A stretch of DNA of 64,000 nucleotides, taken from positions 4,092,001-4,156,000 of the forward strand of contig NC_089431.1 of assembly GCF_026210795.1 (NCBI RefSeq). The letters run 5' to 3'. The notes below the pieces were generated by a model. That model made no database searches. It was not told where the DNA came from and saw only the letters and a list, made by a program, of their open reading frames with translations. This document shows, in pieces, positions 15,039 to 29,510 of the stretch. Source of the stretch: Rhizophagus irregularis. Lineage: Eukaryota. A program made the position numbers and the translations under genes. Position 1 is the first letter of the stretch. The number at the start of each line of letters is the position of its first letter.

Positions 15039-15689
15039 AATGTTGGTTGACAGCTGACGCGCTTCATCTGTATCGCAAAATCAAGTCTTCCATAGTAAAC
15101 ACTTTTTTTTTTTTATTAATGAAATCATTTTTATTTTATAAATAACTTATTTATCACAATTTAAAATTATATCTATTATGAAAATTTTATACCTAATCGA
15201 TTATATGTAATAAACTTTACTTGAAAAATATAATAGAAATGTACTAACAATATAATCTATTATAACGCAATAAAAAAACTATCTAGTAAAACAATATAAT
15301 ATAAAATAATATAACACAATAAAAATAATAAAAATAATTAATCATATAAAAATTAATGAAAACGTTACAAGAAACGTATTAATCAACATGTTGCTGCGGT
15401 CGTACGGTTTGTGAAGAATATTATCAGTATCGCGACATTTTTATTATGAAGGACGCGTAAACCAGTATAAAAAATTTTTACGCGACGACAATTAACTATG
15501 TTGATTATATTGTGATGGAAAAACCTTTTTGTATCTTGTACAATACTTTCATGATATATATGGGTTTATTGATATTTCTATTACATAATTCATAAAAACA
15601 AATTTGTACAACAAAAAAACATATAAAACGACCTTACTTTCCCCCTCTTTTCATTATTTTATTGAAATTGTTAAACTCGTTATTTAATT

Positions 15690-16400
15690 ATGGACAACAG
15701 AGAAAAGGGTATGATATTTAATATCTTTTGTTGTTCGCTGTCCCTTATATGGCATGCAGTCCCCTTCCCCTCACTCTTTCTACCGAAAGTGGGGTTTCTT
15801 TGTTAAAGGACTACTGGCTCCAAAAGAAGAGTTGGTTACGTATCTACCTTTATGACAAACAAAGAAACTTGTCCATGAGTGGGGTGCCTTCATAACCTGT
15901 GTATGACACAGCCTAGGACCGATGATATCTCCTATCAAATAGTTCAGTCAGTAGAACAGTCTTTACCCAAATCTCAATATGCGTTGTATGATAACAACGA
16001 AGGGTTTGTATTGGTTAATATCTTGTATTGTTTAATATGCATGCAATTAAATCTCTTTTTTTTTGTAATAGCTTTTATATTGTTAAAATGCATACGCCTG
16101 GAGTACAACAAAAGGAGCAAGTGCAAATTGATGTCTCCTACGATGACCGAACTATTACCATTATTGCGGAAAGTTCATATTTGAAGATAATGATTTCACA
16201 GTAATTGAAACTAATCTTCAAACAAAATTTAAAGTCGATATTGTCTTTCCAAGGATGTAAGTTATAACATTTAATTTTACACTTTCTGGTTATTGAATCA
16301 ATTTTTATTTAATATTCGTGCTTTCAATACGGATCATCCTATTAGGGTTAATGTTGAGCATGTCGTTACAACGGCCATGTTTAATATTAAGCCCAATAAA
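15690..16400 (+). pseudogene. Degenerate multi-exon gene with an HSP20/alpha-crystallin-like domain
   Basis: Spliced translation QYALYDNNEG/FYIVKMHTPGVQQKEQVQIDVSYDDRTITIIAE...FKVDIVFPR fits the alpha-crystallin strand pattern; frameshift near 16180. Confidence 0.4.
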
Positions 16401-16841
16401 AGAAAACTACAAATAATTTAAATAATTTAAAAATGCAATTTTCATATTTTAATTCATTCTTTATTAAAATATAAATAAATATCTATGATATTTTTTTAAA
16501 ATATACATAATAAAATAAAGTTATTCTTTAGCAAATCCTATATATTATTTGCCGCATTTCAAATTTCGGATCAGCAAGCTATTTTTAAAAAATGCTGAGC
16601 AAGCTATTATTCTGTGTCAGATAACCATAATTCATTTTTCTTAAAGAAAAAAGAAAAAAGTCTCGGAGCTGTAGGAAAGGAGATTATTATAAATACAATG
16701 TATAATTCAGTTAATATAAATTATAGTTAACGTAAATTTTAATGTATTATAGTTTTAGATTAGGTACATTGTTATATGCATTTGTATTTTAACAAGTGTA
16801 TATCGCCAAGTCAATTTATTATGTTCTTGATGTTTAACAAA

Positions 16842-16873
<32 letters not shown>

Positions 16874-16877
16874 GTAA

Positions 16878-16970
16878 AAGTGTCCCGGAGCTCGTGAGCT
16901 GACTCATAGCTCGAGCAAGCTCGAACAATATGTCTGACTCGCGAGCTGGACCGGCTCGTGCGGAGCACTA
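16878..16970. mobile_element. Short degenerate hAT-like terminal remnant
   Basis: GC-rich island with repeated GAGCTCG/CGAGC units ending ...CGGAGCACTA (TAGTG terminus on the minus strand). Confidence 0.35.
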
Positions 16971-17430
16971 AATAAGAGGTAAAAAAGTTATTAGAAATTT
17001 ATAAAAAATTCTTGGATAATATCGGGAAATGTAGAAACCATTTGATAATTGATATAATCTTCAAATAAAGATGTACTTGGACGCAAATAATTCCTTTACT
17101 TTATAACTAAGTCAATCATACAAATCACTTTATATAATGAGAATTAATAATAAAGTCTTAAAACATTAAAATTTCCACTGATTATTGGAATAACGTTAAT
17201 AAGTTCAATAAATTATATTTAGTTTCTTAAATATATATGATAAAGAGAAATATTGAAAAAAAGATACAAAAAAAATTTAATACATGTTTTAAATAAAAAA
17301 AAAAGCCGAAATATAAATATACTATGATATAATTTAAGCTACAAATAATAAATAAATTTGTCATAATACTTGATAATATTTAATCAATTGTTAATAGTGA
17401 CAATATTCATGTTTAAAAGAAAAATTACTT

Positions 17431-19327
17431 CTATAAATTTTGGGTATCAATATCGAAATCATTTTCCTTGGAAATATATTCTACATTTGAATTAAAAGAA
17501 ATTAGGTTTAAAGATTTTTCATTTACAGTATATATAAAAGTATGTTTACGCACCATTATTATTAAAATTTATATCAATATCTAAGTTGATCTCTTCTGTA
17601 AAGTAATCTAAATACATATAAACAAATTTATTATTAAATTAAATCACGAATTTGATATATTTTTATGAAAACATAATTACCTTCATTTTCATACAATTTT
17701 TCTTTTTTAATACTTCGACCTAAATAATTAGTAAACAATGACTTAAACTAAAGTTTTAATTAAAGTTGCTTGTCGAAATTAGTGAATTTCGTCATGTCGA
17801 AATTGTTGAAATTATTTTTACCATTTCGGCAATGACCTTTTTATTTTCGGCAAGCAACTTTAGTTTTAATCAATTAAATTGACTAATTTCATACCTTCAT
17901 CATTATTTTCAATTAAATTATCCTCAAACTTCCTTTTTAATTTTTCTAAACTAATAGATTGACTTCTTGAACTCCTTAAAGACATTGCAGAATTAATCAT
18001 GCTACTTAAAGGTCTACTTTTATAAATGGCACCCGGATTATTTGTTGTTGCAGGTCCAATATCTAACGATTCAATAATTCCAGTTGGATTGTTTTTCTGG
18101 AAATTTTCTGTTTCATTTAGATGCATATTTCGAATTTTTTCATGTAAATCAGCAGCTACTGGTCTTTTCTCCGGATCAGAATGCCAGCATTCTTTCATTA
18201 ATTCAATATATCCATCAGGTGCATTTGTGACAATTGGTGGTCGTAAACCATCACAAATATCAATAATAAGATATGTATCATGATTTCGATCCCAAAAAGG
18301 TCTTCTACCTGTCATAATCTCCCACATAATCATTCCAAAACTATATATATCTGAAGCTTTTGTATATTTTTGTCCTTGAAAAATCTCTGGTGCCATATAA
18401 GGAATAATACCATAATTTTCATTATCATCTGTAGATTCAGTTGCAGATTTACTTATTCCCAGATCACCTATTATTGTATCTTCAATAATAAAATAATTGC
18501 TTTGATCATTAAAAAAGATATTTCCACTATGAAAATCCCTGTGGATAATTTTTAATTTATGCATTTGTTTAAGTCCATATGCTATATCCTTTAATTTCGA
18601 TAGCTTCGTATACCAGCTAATATTAAAAAAATCTTTAGTCATGTAATGTATCAAATCACCTGAATCATAATACGGCATGATAATCATGATATCTTGAGAA
18701 TTAGGATCTTGAGTAACTCCAAAATATCTGCCAATAAAAATTCCATAACTTTTTTTATAAATATCATAAAATACCTTGAGCTAAAATGAAAATAGTTTAT
18801 TAATTTATTAATATCATTAATGGATTAAAACAGCATATTATGTACTGTACCTCATTCAACTCCTTAGATGTGATGTTTTTAGAATCATTAATTTTTTTGA
18901 GGACAACTGTATAATTTTTGAAACGAAAACCTTCTTTGTTATTATAAGTATTAACTGGGCCATCAATCCAAGTAGCTTTATAAATTTTACTAAAACCTCC
19001 TTCGGCAATAAATTTTATATTTATGAATTGTTCATAAGGGACATATTCCATTTTCCCACGTTTATTAACAAGATTAATCTGTGTATATCTGATAAAATCA
19101 TCAATAATTCGATTTCCACTTGAGCCGTATTTATATGCCACCTTTACATTGTAACAAACGTGACAAATCTGATGACTTTCATCTAAAGGTTTCCTTCTTT
19201 TATTACATTCGGGACATTTACTTTTTTTGTATTTTGATTTAACAATGGATTGCGTTGGTTGAATTAAAGATGTATTATTCGATAATGAAAAGTCAATTTT
19301 ATTTTTATAGTTTGTTGGTTGTTCCAT
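17431..19327 (-). CDS. Tyrosine-kinase-like protein kinase (exons 19327-18851, 18780-17895, 17719-17681, 17607-17554, 17480-17431)
   Basis: CPECN..CHVCY, AEGGFSKIY, VVLKK, HRDFHSGN, GDLG, YMAPE; all four introns are GT-AG and preserve the frame to TAG at 17431. Confidence 0.9.
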
Positions 19328-21173
19328 ATTTTTTTTTTATAAAAAAAAATTAGCTTTTAATTTGAGTTAAGTAAAACTGCTGTCTAATATATACATTTTT
19401 AAATTTAATAATTAAACAAGGAATTCTTTTTTTCGGATTCTGTGCACATTTTCTAGAAGTTTTTAATGGAAATACAACTTTCTAGAAATGTTTGTGAGAA
19501 ATCTGTGATATGCAGAGAATTCTATAGTCATACATGTGTGGTACAGCTGTTTAACGTTATATTTTTAGAAGTATTCTGCAGTAAGTTAATCATTGTAAAC
19601 ACGTGAAACATATGGCAATTTGGGATTATGAAAATAAAAAACGTGCTTCACATAATATTAATTCATAATAGGAACAAGTTATGACGTAATTAAAGATTGA
19701 GAAAGCTAAAAACGTCCATTTAAAAGTAAGTCAAGGACTTATTCTGATTTTTCCAAGTTATTGATAAAAGATTAACAAGCAACGAAACAGGAATAAAAAC
19801 TTGAAGGTACTACAAAAAGCACATATATTGTTTTAATAAAAATGAGAATTGTTGTTAAATGATTCGATTATTATGTTTTACTAGAATTTATTTTTGTACT
19901 TAAATTTTGATAAAATTATTTGTTAATTTATTTTGATCGAATGTGATAAATTATCAAACTAAAGTATAATTATTTTTTTAAAATAAAAAAAAAAAATTTT
20001 TTTATTTCAATTTAACGATTTTATATCAAGTATTAAATTAAATAAATTAAATAGAGAGAATTTATTGGAAATAAAAGGTCAACCCAAATTAGAAATTCTT
20101 CATTTATTACTAAATGTTTTATAGATCGTTATAGTTAATAAAATTACTGTTTCCACGCCTTACTAGTGGAATTCTTTTTCTAAACTTTTAAATGAACTTT
20201 ATATTGAAGATAGAAATTTAGAAAGTAAAAATATTATACGTTAAAATATTTATAGTGAGCGAGTAGAAAAAGTTTTACTGATTAAAATCAAAAGATAAGA
20301 GCAGGATTTTTAAATAAAGAATTTAGTTAGTTTAAATTATATGCAAATATTATATAAATGAGTAGTAATAAATAACTTATAATGACTTTTACCAATATTT
20401 TTTACATTTAGCATTATTGTTAATTAACTTTACATTCATCAATATATTAAGAATTATTGAATATTAAATAAACTATTTGTACATGGTTATAAATTAGTTG
20501 ATATTTCACTAAATTGGTTACGGATATTTTTTCGTGTAATAACTGGTTTTATGTTTAACATTTACTAGATATTTATTCTACGTTTTATTATTATTTTTTT
20601 AAAAAAAATGATTCATATGCAATAAAGAATTTTTTTGGTACCATAATTCACTTTTCAAATAATAATAGCACATAGGAAATTTATGACAAAATTATCACAT
20701 CAATTACATTTTCTTCGTGATTTAAGTCTATAACAGTGACAACGTGTTCAAGTTCTGTACAAGATAACGAAAGATAAGTAAAATTTTATTAATGGAATAA
20801 AATTTTTACGCTTATAATAAAAAAAAAATTTAAATTTTATTTGAATTAATACGAATTCATTAATTTATTTTAAAATCACTTGAACCCGCTAATGATTACA
20901 TTTTTATCATTATACACCTTTGTTTTTGTTTATCTGAACTTTAAATAACTTAAATGCCATAACATTATTTTTTTAAAATTATGAATATGTTAGGAAAAAA
21001 AACAACAATAATAATAATAACATGAAAAGGGATTAAAAAGTGAACTAAATTTTAATTCAAAAATTTACGTGCTTATTTCGTTAAAAAAGGTAATTACGTC
21101 AGTGTTTCCGTTTATTTTGCAAATTCAGCCAATAATTTCCTTCGAGAACATACTATGAAGAATATCGGTATCA

Positions 21174-22856
21174 CTAGATTAATTTCTCCAGATCCCATTC
21201 TTCGTCGTCGTCGTCATCACTATTATAACTACGGGTAATAGTTGGAAGTGTAGAATAATCTATAAAATGGTATTTAATTAATAAATATGATGAAAAAAAT
21301 CAAATAATTATAACTTAAATTTACCTGAGATAATTTCATGAATATTATCGTTAAAAGAAAATTTTTTAATTTGAAATACTTCATAATCTTCTATAGAAAA
21401 TTTATCAGCAGATTGTCTGATTTGTTTTTCATAAGATAATTTTTTACAATAATTAGCATAATTTTCAAAAGAATGTTCATAACCTCCATATATTACAAGA
21501 TCTCCGTTACCAAATGATGGACCGTAACGAGAATAATAATTAATAGCTTGCTTTTCATTTTGTACTCGACTTAAAATATAATCATCTTTATTAATAAAAG
21601 AGAATATAAAACTATCTTTAGAATGACCAAAGCAAAATTCAGTTTTCCATTCAATTGGATTATAACCTCCAAGAATTTCTTTGCTATCTTTCACTTTAAT
21701 AACTGTTATAGTACGAAATTTATTATCACAAATTTCATGAAAATTTTCTGAAGTAAAACCATCACGAGATCCACGTAAAATTAAGTTGAATTCATATAAA
21801 TTTTTCATCCTATCCGTAATTTCTAATTTATCAATCCATTTTGATATTAATTCAATATGTTTAATTGTAATAATTTTTGAATCAAAATTATTTAAACAAT
21901 ATCTTTTAATTCTTTTAAAATCTGTTGGTTTATAATCATTATTCAAAAAATATTTTAATAAATCTATATATAATTCCTCTGGTAAAACTTCTCTATAAGG
22001 AAGTACATTATCCAAAAATTCTTTTGGTGATAAATTAGTGAATTTAATAAAAGAAACACAATCTTTTAAGGTATCCTTTAATACATTGAAATCTTCCTTT
22101 GAAAATTTTGTTATATCTGAAGGAATTTCTGAATTACGAGAAATTCCCCATTTAATAATATGTTTCCAAATTTTAACTACACTTATTTTAAAATTTTCAT
22201 GTCGAATAAGAGATATTAAGTATTTTTCTGAAATCGATGATAAATTTAATAATTTGAACGTTTTATCTGGATTTTTGGATAATAATTTAACACAATATTT
22301 TTGAAGTTCAGGAAATGAATCATTCTCAAAACTTGTTTTAAATACCAAATTAAAATTTTGTTCCATCCAGTTTACATTACTATTAATCAAAAAGGATTGT
22401 AATAGGGGAACTAATTCTTGAAGACCTAATTCATTTACTGCAATCAAAACTTTAATGACATTTGAAGTATCATTATTTTCCAATGCAAGTTTTCCGCCAT
22501 AAATATATCTAAAAAAAAAAAGTTTGCAAAAAATTAAAAAATGTTTCTTTCATAAAATTTTTCCTAATAAAATAATTAATTTACCTTAAGATTATTTCAA
22601 AAATTTCAGGTAAAATATTTGGTAATTTAATATGCGTCAAATTTTCATCTTCACTTTTTCTTTTATTGGCTAACAAAATTCTTCGTAAATAAGGAGAACG
22701 ACAACTTAAAATAACCATATGAGCACGAAATATTTTTACGTCAGGGTCATTTCCGACTTCAATTGCAATATCATAATATTCATCATTATCAAGAGTATTA
22801 AGTAAACTTTGGGATAATAAACTTGATAAATTTGATAAAAATTCAAAAGAAGGCAT
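21174..22856 (-). CDS. BTB/POZ-BACK-TLDc protein with acidic C-terminal exon (exons 22856-22585, 22508-21325, 21259-21174)
   Basis: BTB, BACK and TLDc motifs intact. A 65-nt GT-AG intron would add DYSTLPTITRSYNSDDDDDEEWDLEKLI*; unspliced, the ORF stops at 21308. Confidence 0.87.
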
Positions 22857-23339
22857 TTTTTTTAAAAGATTAATTTTTTTTTTTGAAAAAAAAAAAATTT
22901 TCGCATGTACAACATTTTTTTTTGGCCAATAAGTTTGGTCATCAATTATTATGTAAACATCATAAGATCATCGTGTAACAACTGTAACATGTAGTGCATG
23001 TAGATCATGTGAATTTCTGATCATCATATTCATCATATAAATTTAGTTAACAATCGCCAACATCGTTATTAAAAATTTATCGTTGAATATTCATATTGGT
23101 GAATGTTAAATTAAATACGAAGCTACTAAATTTTTAAGATTGTAGTTCTTTAATTATGGAAATATGTATATTAATCCCATTTCTTTTCTAATAATAATAT
23201 TTTCTATTTTTAAAATCATTCATTATCAGTTATGATAGGAAAGTAAAAAATTGCAAAATTATATTCATTTTAGAATTTCAGTTGGACGTGATTACAATAC
23301 AGCGCTTAATAGTAAGGGTTTTATTTTTTTATATTTAAT

Positions 23340-23627
23340 TATATGAAATTTGAAATGAACAAAACGAACAGCACATTTTATTTTATATTTTGAATTGACC
23401 ATAAGGGATAAACTCCATTTTCCTTTTTTTGATACATAATTAATTTGTGTAAATTTTATAAATAATTTTGTTTCCACTTGGTTTAAAATTTTTTTTTTTT
23501 TTGATTTGTAACACAGGCGACAAATCTGTTGATTTTTAATTGTTTTTCTTTTATTACATTCGTTACATTTCTTATATGTTTTGTTTTTCTGTTTAACTGC
23601 GGTTTGCATTGGTTGACTTAAAGACAT
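23340..23627 (-). pseudogene. Truncated kinase exon-1 relic
   Basis: CNECNKRK..QQICRLCY and frameshifted SGNK/MEFIPY motifs; the upstream DNA resembles that of the 26 kb kinase; no catalytic exon follows. Confidence 0.75.
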
Positions 23628-24947
23628 ATTATCTGATATTAAAACGTTACCTTTTTTATAACCTTCATGTTACATAATTTTTTTGAAATAAAAATTAGAT
23701 TATTTTTAGACATTTGTGTCATTCATTTTATAAATATATTTTCAGTAAGTAAAAACTGTATAAATTCTATATAATTCCTCATAGAAGTTTCTAATGAAAA
23801 AAGTTAATGCCTCATCTAAAAATGTCCTTTGAAAAATGAATTTTTGACAGAATTCCTTCAAAGAATGCTCACATGTACTCCCATTATACAATATGTAGTA
23901 CAAAGATAATGTGCGTGTGGCGTAATACGGTTTCGAATATTAACAATATATGAAATTCTTTTTATAAACGAGCAATTATTGTTCGTTTAAAGATGTTGCA
24001 TGTGAAATATCAAATTTTTAATTAACCTTTATTAAGATGATAATTTCAGCTTTACGCCATGTTTGTCGCTTGTTTTAGTAAAAGTGATAAAGTGAAGTTG
24101 TTTATGAAAACTGCGTTAAATAATTTCTGTAGATCTCTTCTACGTAGAATTCTTGGAATTCTATGGAGATTATGCATTATATTAATCCGTATATAAGAGC
24201 TCCTTGCTTTATTAATTTTATCATAAAAAAAGTATATATGACGTAAATAAAATAAAAATATTGCAATTGTCTACATAGTAATTATTATTTTACCTTTTAC
24301 AGTAATATTCAAAAGTTAACTAATTTCATTGTGTAAACGAACTTCATTAATATTATTAATTTATTTTGAGTTTGTTTATAATGAGCGGCTGTGTAAAAAT
24401 CACGATTGGCTGCAACAAGTTTTTTTTCTTTGTCGTTTTTAGAAAGATTACAATCACCATTAAACTTTTATTATTTCTATTATTTCTTTTGGCGTTTTTG
24501 GCTGATCATGTTCTTGATACTTTCAGTTAACATTAAATGAGTTAAATAAATAAAAATCCAATGATTTTATATTTTTTTTGGATATAAAATCATCTTAAAA
24601 TTCGTTTGATAAGTTCACTCAGTTTACATTATTTTCGATAAAAGTGAGTTGTAAATTCTAAAGGATTAAATTCACTGGTCAAAACCAAGATTTTACGATA
24701 TACTGTATATCTTTAATTATTTATAAATAAAAATTAATTGCAATTAAAACTCTTATACTTCTTGATTATACAATAAAATACTAGTTACATAACAAGTTTT
24801 ACAGTATCTGTAACATTTATCTATGACTAATATTTAACTATTAAGAATCTCTACCCTTTATAGTACAGTAGAATAAAATAAAGTGAACAAGTTTACAAAA
24901 AAAAAATCTATAAAATCTATATCTGATATACAGTAAAAAATAAAAAT

Positions 24948-26841
24948 TCAAGGATTATTAAAATCGATATCAAGTTCAAATTTCAGAGTGACATAATCTA
25001 TATTCAATTAAAAAATAAATGTTTATGACGTATAAAAGCATTGCTAAGATATTATTAAAAGCACAAATAAACTATTTACCTTTATCATGAGGTTTATTAG
25101 ATTGATTAAAATTCACATTAATATCAAATTCAATTTCGTTCGTAAGATATTCTAAAGAAACATAAATTATAAATTTTAGTTAAAATTATAAATGGAATTC
25201 GTTAATTAATAATAATTATTTACCATTAATTACATTTTCACATAATTTTTCCTTTTTAATACATTGACCTATAAAGTTTTGATTTATTAGAAGTTTGTAT
25301 AGTTAATTACAAAATAAAACAATAAAATTTAATATTAATAATACCATCGTCATTATTATCTGTAACTAGATCTTCAAACTTTCTTTTACCTTTTAAAGAA
25401 ATAATAATTATTAATAGTAATATAAATAAACAAAATTAAATAATTTATAATAAAAGTAAATATTAAAGTATCATAAATTGTTTACCAGATCCTAAATTAA
25501 TAGACAGACTTCTCGAACTCCTTAAAGACATTGCAGAATTAATCATACCACTTAAAGGTCTACTCTTATAAATGGCATCTGGATTATTTTTTGGTACAGG
25601 TCCAATATCTGATGATTCTATAATTTTAGTTGGTTCGCTATAAAAGTGATGCTTTAGCATATATTCATTATCTGCCGATTTATTAATTCTTTCACATACA
25701 TCGGTAGCTGTTGGTCTTTTCTGGATTAAAATCCCAACATTCTTTCATTAATTTAATATACCCTTTAGGTGCATTTGTAACAATTGGTGGTCTTAATCCA
25801 TCAAAGATTTCGATAATTAACTCTGCATCATGATTTCGATCCCAAAAAGGTCTTCTACCTGTCATAAACTCCCACATAATCATTCCGAAACTACATATAT
25901 CTGAAGCTTTTGAATATTTTTGTCCTTGAAAAATCTCTGGTGCCATATAAGGAATAATACCATAATTCTCATTATTATCTGTAGATTCAGTTGCAGATCT
26001 ACTTATCCCCAAATCACCTATATACGCAAAATTATATTCAAAAAAGATATTTCCACTATGTAAATCTCTGTGAATAAGATCTAAATTATGAAGATTTTTA
26101 AGTCCTACTATTAAGCTACTTAAATTATCCAACTTTATTTCCCAATCAATACGATAAAAGTCACTACTTAAGTAGCGTATCAAATCGCCTGATTTATAAT
26201 AGGTCATAATAATCATAATGTCTTTGGTAATAGGATCTTGAGTAATTCCAAAGTATCGAGCAATATTATATTTTTCTAGCACATTGCGATTTGAATAAAT
26301 CTGATAAAATACCTTGAGCTAAATAAAAATAATTAATTTAATATATTCATTATTCATTATGTTTTAGATTTAAAATATCACATGTACTATACTATACCTC
26401 ATTCAGTTCCTTAGATGTAATGTTTTTAGAATTATTAAGTTTTTTGAGAACAACAGTATAATTGTTATTTCGAAAAATATTCCAACCATCGGGTTCATTC
26501 TCATACCAATTATTAATCGGACCATTAACCCAAGTAGCTTTATAAATTTTACTAAATCCTCCACTAGCAATGAATTCTATATTTTTGAATTGATCATAAG
26601 GAACAAACTCCATTTTACCCGCCATACCATTACTATCACTTTGAGTATACCTAATAAAATCGTCAATATCTTTGTTTCCACTTTTTTTAGGCTTAAGTAT
26701 TGTCTTTATATTGTAACAAATGTAACAAAGTTGGTGACTTTCATCTAAAATTCTTCTTTTCTTATTACATTCACTACATTTCTTATATTTATATAGCTTT
26801 TTTTTGTTAACTTTGGTTTGTTTTTGCTGACTTGAGGACAT
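24948..26841 (-). pseudogene. Tyrosine-kinase-like kinase with a -1 frameshift near 25718 (exons 26841-26398, 26318-25486, 25389-25345, 25268-25224, 25151-25080, 24997-24948)
   Basis: All kinase motifs present. CCAGAAAAGACCA lacks one A relative to PEKRP in paralogues; the downstream frame resumes with PTKIIESSDIG. Could be a homopolymer sequencing error. Confidence 0.8.
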
Positions 26842-27522
26842 GTTGTCTGATAATAAAGATTCAATTTTATGTTTATAATTTAGATTTTTTTTTTTTTTTT
26901 GAAAAAAAAATTGGATTATTTTTATTTTTTGAGGCACTTAAGAATGATGTCCCATTTATAAATGTATTTTGAGTAATGAATTCTACACATAATTTCTCGT
27001 AGAATTTTCTAACGGAAAAAGGTAGTAACTATCATAATCACATAATTCTCATAGAATTTTCTAGCAGAAAAAATTTTAATGACTAACCTGAAACGTGTAT
27101 TAAAGAATTCTCTCATGCACAAGGTTTGTCCTTAATAATATTTTGTAATGAGTTTTTTTTTCGTGAAACAATTGTTTGTTCATTTAAAGAAGTTGCAGTA
27201 AAAATATCAATTTTTCTTAGAGTAACTAACGCCATGCTTATCACTCGTTATAGTTAAAGTGTTAAGGTGAAGTTATCATTCTTGCTTTAATGTGTCTTAT
27301 AACATGTGATTTCTTCTGATAATTGTAGATCTCTTCTATATGGAAACTATGGAAACTCAGAAAAATCCACTACACCTTGGGAAATCTTGGAAAGGATGAG
27401 TTCGATAAAAAACTTCTTGTTAGACAAATTTTACTAGAAAAGTATGTATAAAATAAAATACAATAATATAATAATAATACCTTAATAATCATTGTATATG
27501 TAATTACATTTGGAACTGCGTG

Positions 27523-27736
27523 TAGTGTTTGGATCCGAAGCGGTTTTATCCGGTTTTTATCCGGTATCCGTTTCGGTTAATTCAGGATGGAACTATCAGA
27601 ATTACCAATTTTTTGATTCATAATATATTAAATATTCTGGTCGAAATTATAGTCTATTCAGAGCTGAGATTTAAAATCTTTTTTCGGCAATAATCTCATT
27701 TAAAATATTTAAGATTTTATCCGGATCAAAACACTA
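27523..27736. mobile_element. hAT-superfamily MITE
   Basis: TIR TAGTGTTTGGATCCG ... CGGATCAAAACACTA with perfect 8-bp TSD ACTGCGTG (27515-27522 and 27737-27744). Confidence 0.9.
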
Positions 27737-29329
27737 ACTGCGTGTGTCTTATAGCGATTTCTCCTGATAATTTGTAGATCACTTCTATATGGAAATTCAT
27801 TCTGAGTTCAGTCCTTGTTAAATATTAAGTAATTTATCAAAAATTTTTGTACAGATCAACCTTATTTCGTAAAAAATTTGATCGACCATGGGCGTAATTA
27901 TTTCAGATAATACGGCATTAAGGCGGCGAAATGATGAAATATATTGCATCAAATTTCTGTTCGATGATTCATATGAAAATAATATTACACTGGTATGCCG
28001 AATTGGGTGTAATGTGCCGTAATATTTGGCTTGAACCTAGTAACTCAATAAGCACGAATAAATAACAGATGATTACAACTATTATATTAAAATATTCTGC
28101 GTAAAAAAAAAGCTATTATTATGTTTTTTTTCTTTTTTTGATAAACCAGGTTTAACTCTTTTTTTGAGTGACTTTATCACAAATTTATTTGCACGGTATA
28201 ACTGATATACTTCTTATATTATATAGACTGAACATAATCCATTTAATTTTTTTTATCATTTATTATTATTGAAAATACCTAATGATTTCTATAAAATTTT
28301 AGTATCGATAAAAGAAAGTACTAATAATAATTCTTTCTAAACCGAAATTTTTTTTTATTATTTTTAAATGAATTCAAAAAAATAAATAATGTTGATGATA
28401 AAAAATTCTCTCCTTGCCTTTTTCTTGATAAATAAAAAAATGAAAATTATGCCAACTTCGATACTTGTTAAAAGTTTACGAAAAAAAAAAATATTTCAGA
28501 ATTTTTAAGATAAAAATTTTTTAAAAATAAAATGTTCATTTGCTACTATTAATAAAATGTATTAATAATAAATACATTTATTTACAAAAAATAAATTGAT
28601 GATTAAAAATTTCTTAATATTACATGATTACAATTCCCTTTTGATTAAAAACTGGATATAGTAAAATTTTTTATTCATTTATTCAATTTGTTAATAAATT
28701 TTTTAAAAATATACTTCTTTTATGGATCTTAAAAATATTAAAAAATTAAATCACTAAATTTTTCTTCAATTATAGACTTTTAATTTCAATTTTATTATTA
28801 AAGTCATAAACGTTCTTAAAAAAGGGATTTTCTCAAAATAATCTAAAACGTCTCCCTATCAATTTATTAGATTTAAAATTATTCGATTTCGAAAGAATCT
28901 AAAGAATCTATGAATAAATTATTAATTAAAAATTTATTCATTCTTAATTGACTAGAATTTAATATCGTCGTATTTTAATTCATTATTAACAATTTGTTGC
29001 AAGAAAGTATAGAATATTTCAAAAAATAAATAAATGAACAAATGATAAACATAAAATTGACTTTTTACTATCGAATAATATAACTACGGTTAAATTCTAG
29101 AATTTCCGGCTCCTCTAATAAAGGAACTTGCAGTCGGCTCGTGCTACTTAAAAGAAACTAATATAATACTTTGAATGCGTACTTTCTTGTCAAATTGATA
29201 TCTATTAATGGCCTATTATAGGATATTCTCTTTGCTTACACTTGGATTAGGGACGCAATTTTAGTTTTATCAGTTAGATAGCTCAATCCCATAGAGTACC
29301 TCTTGATTGACACCCACTAAGAATGCATC

Positions 29330-29510
29330 TCTTTGGTCAAAAAAGAAAGACATAAAAAATGCGAATGTAATAAAATAAGAAAATCTTTTTGAAGGTCATC
29401 AGATTTGTCATACGTGTTATAAATCAAAAACAGTTTTTAAATCAAGTGGAAACAATGTTATTAAGGTTATTGATGATTTTATTAAATATACAAAGACTAA
29501 TCAAAATTAT
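29330..29510 (+). pseudogene. Kinase exon-1 relic (shorter copy at ~48520-48641)
   Basis: Reads CECNKIRKS..GHQICHTCYKSKTVFKSSGNNVIKVIDDFIKYT with a frameshift, matching the kinase N-termini. Confidence 0.65.
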
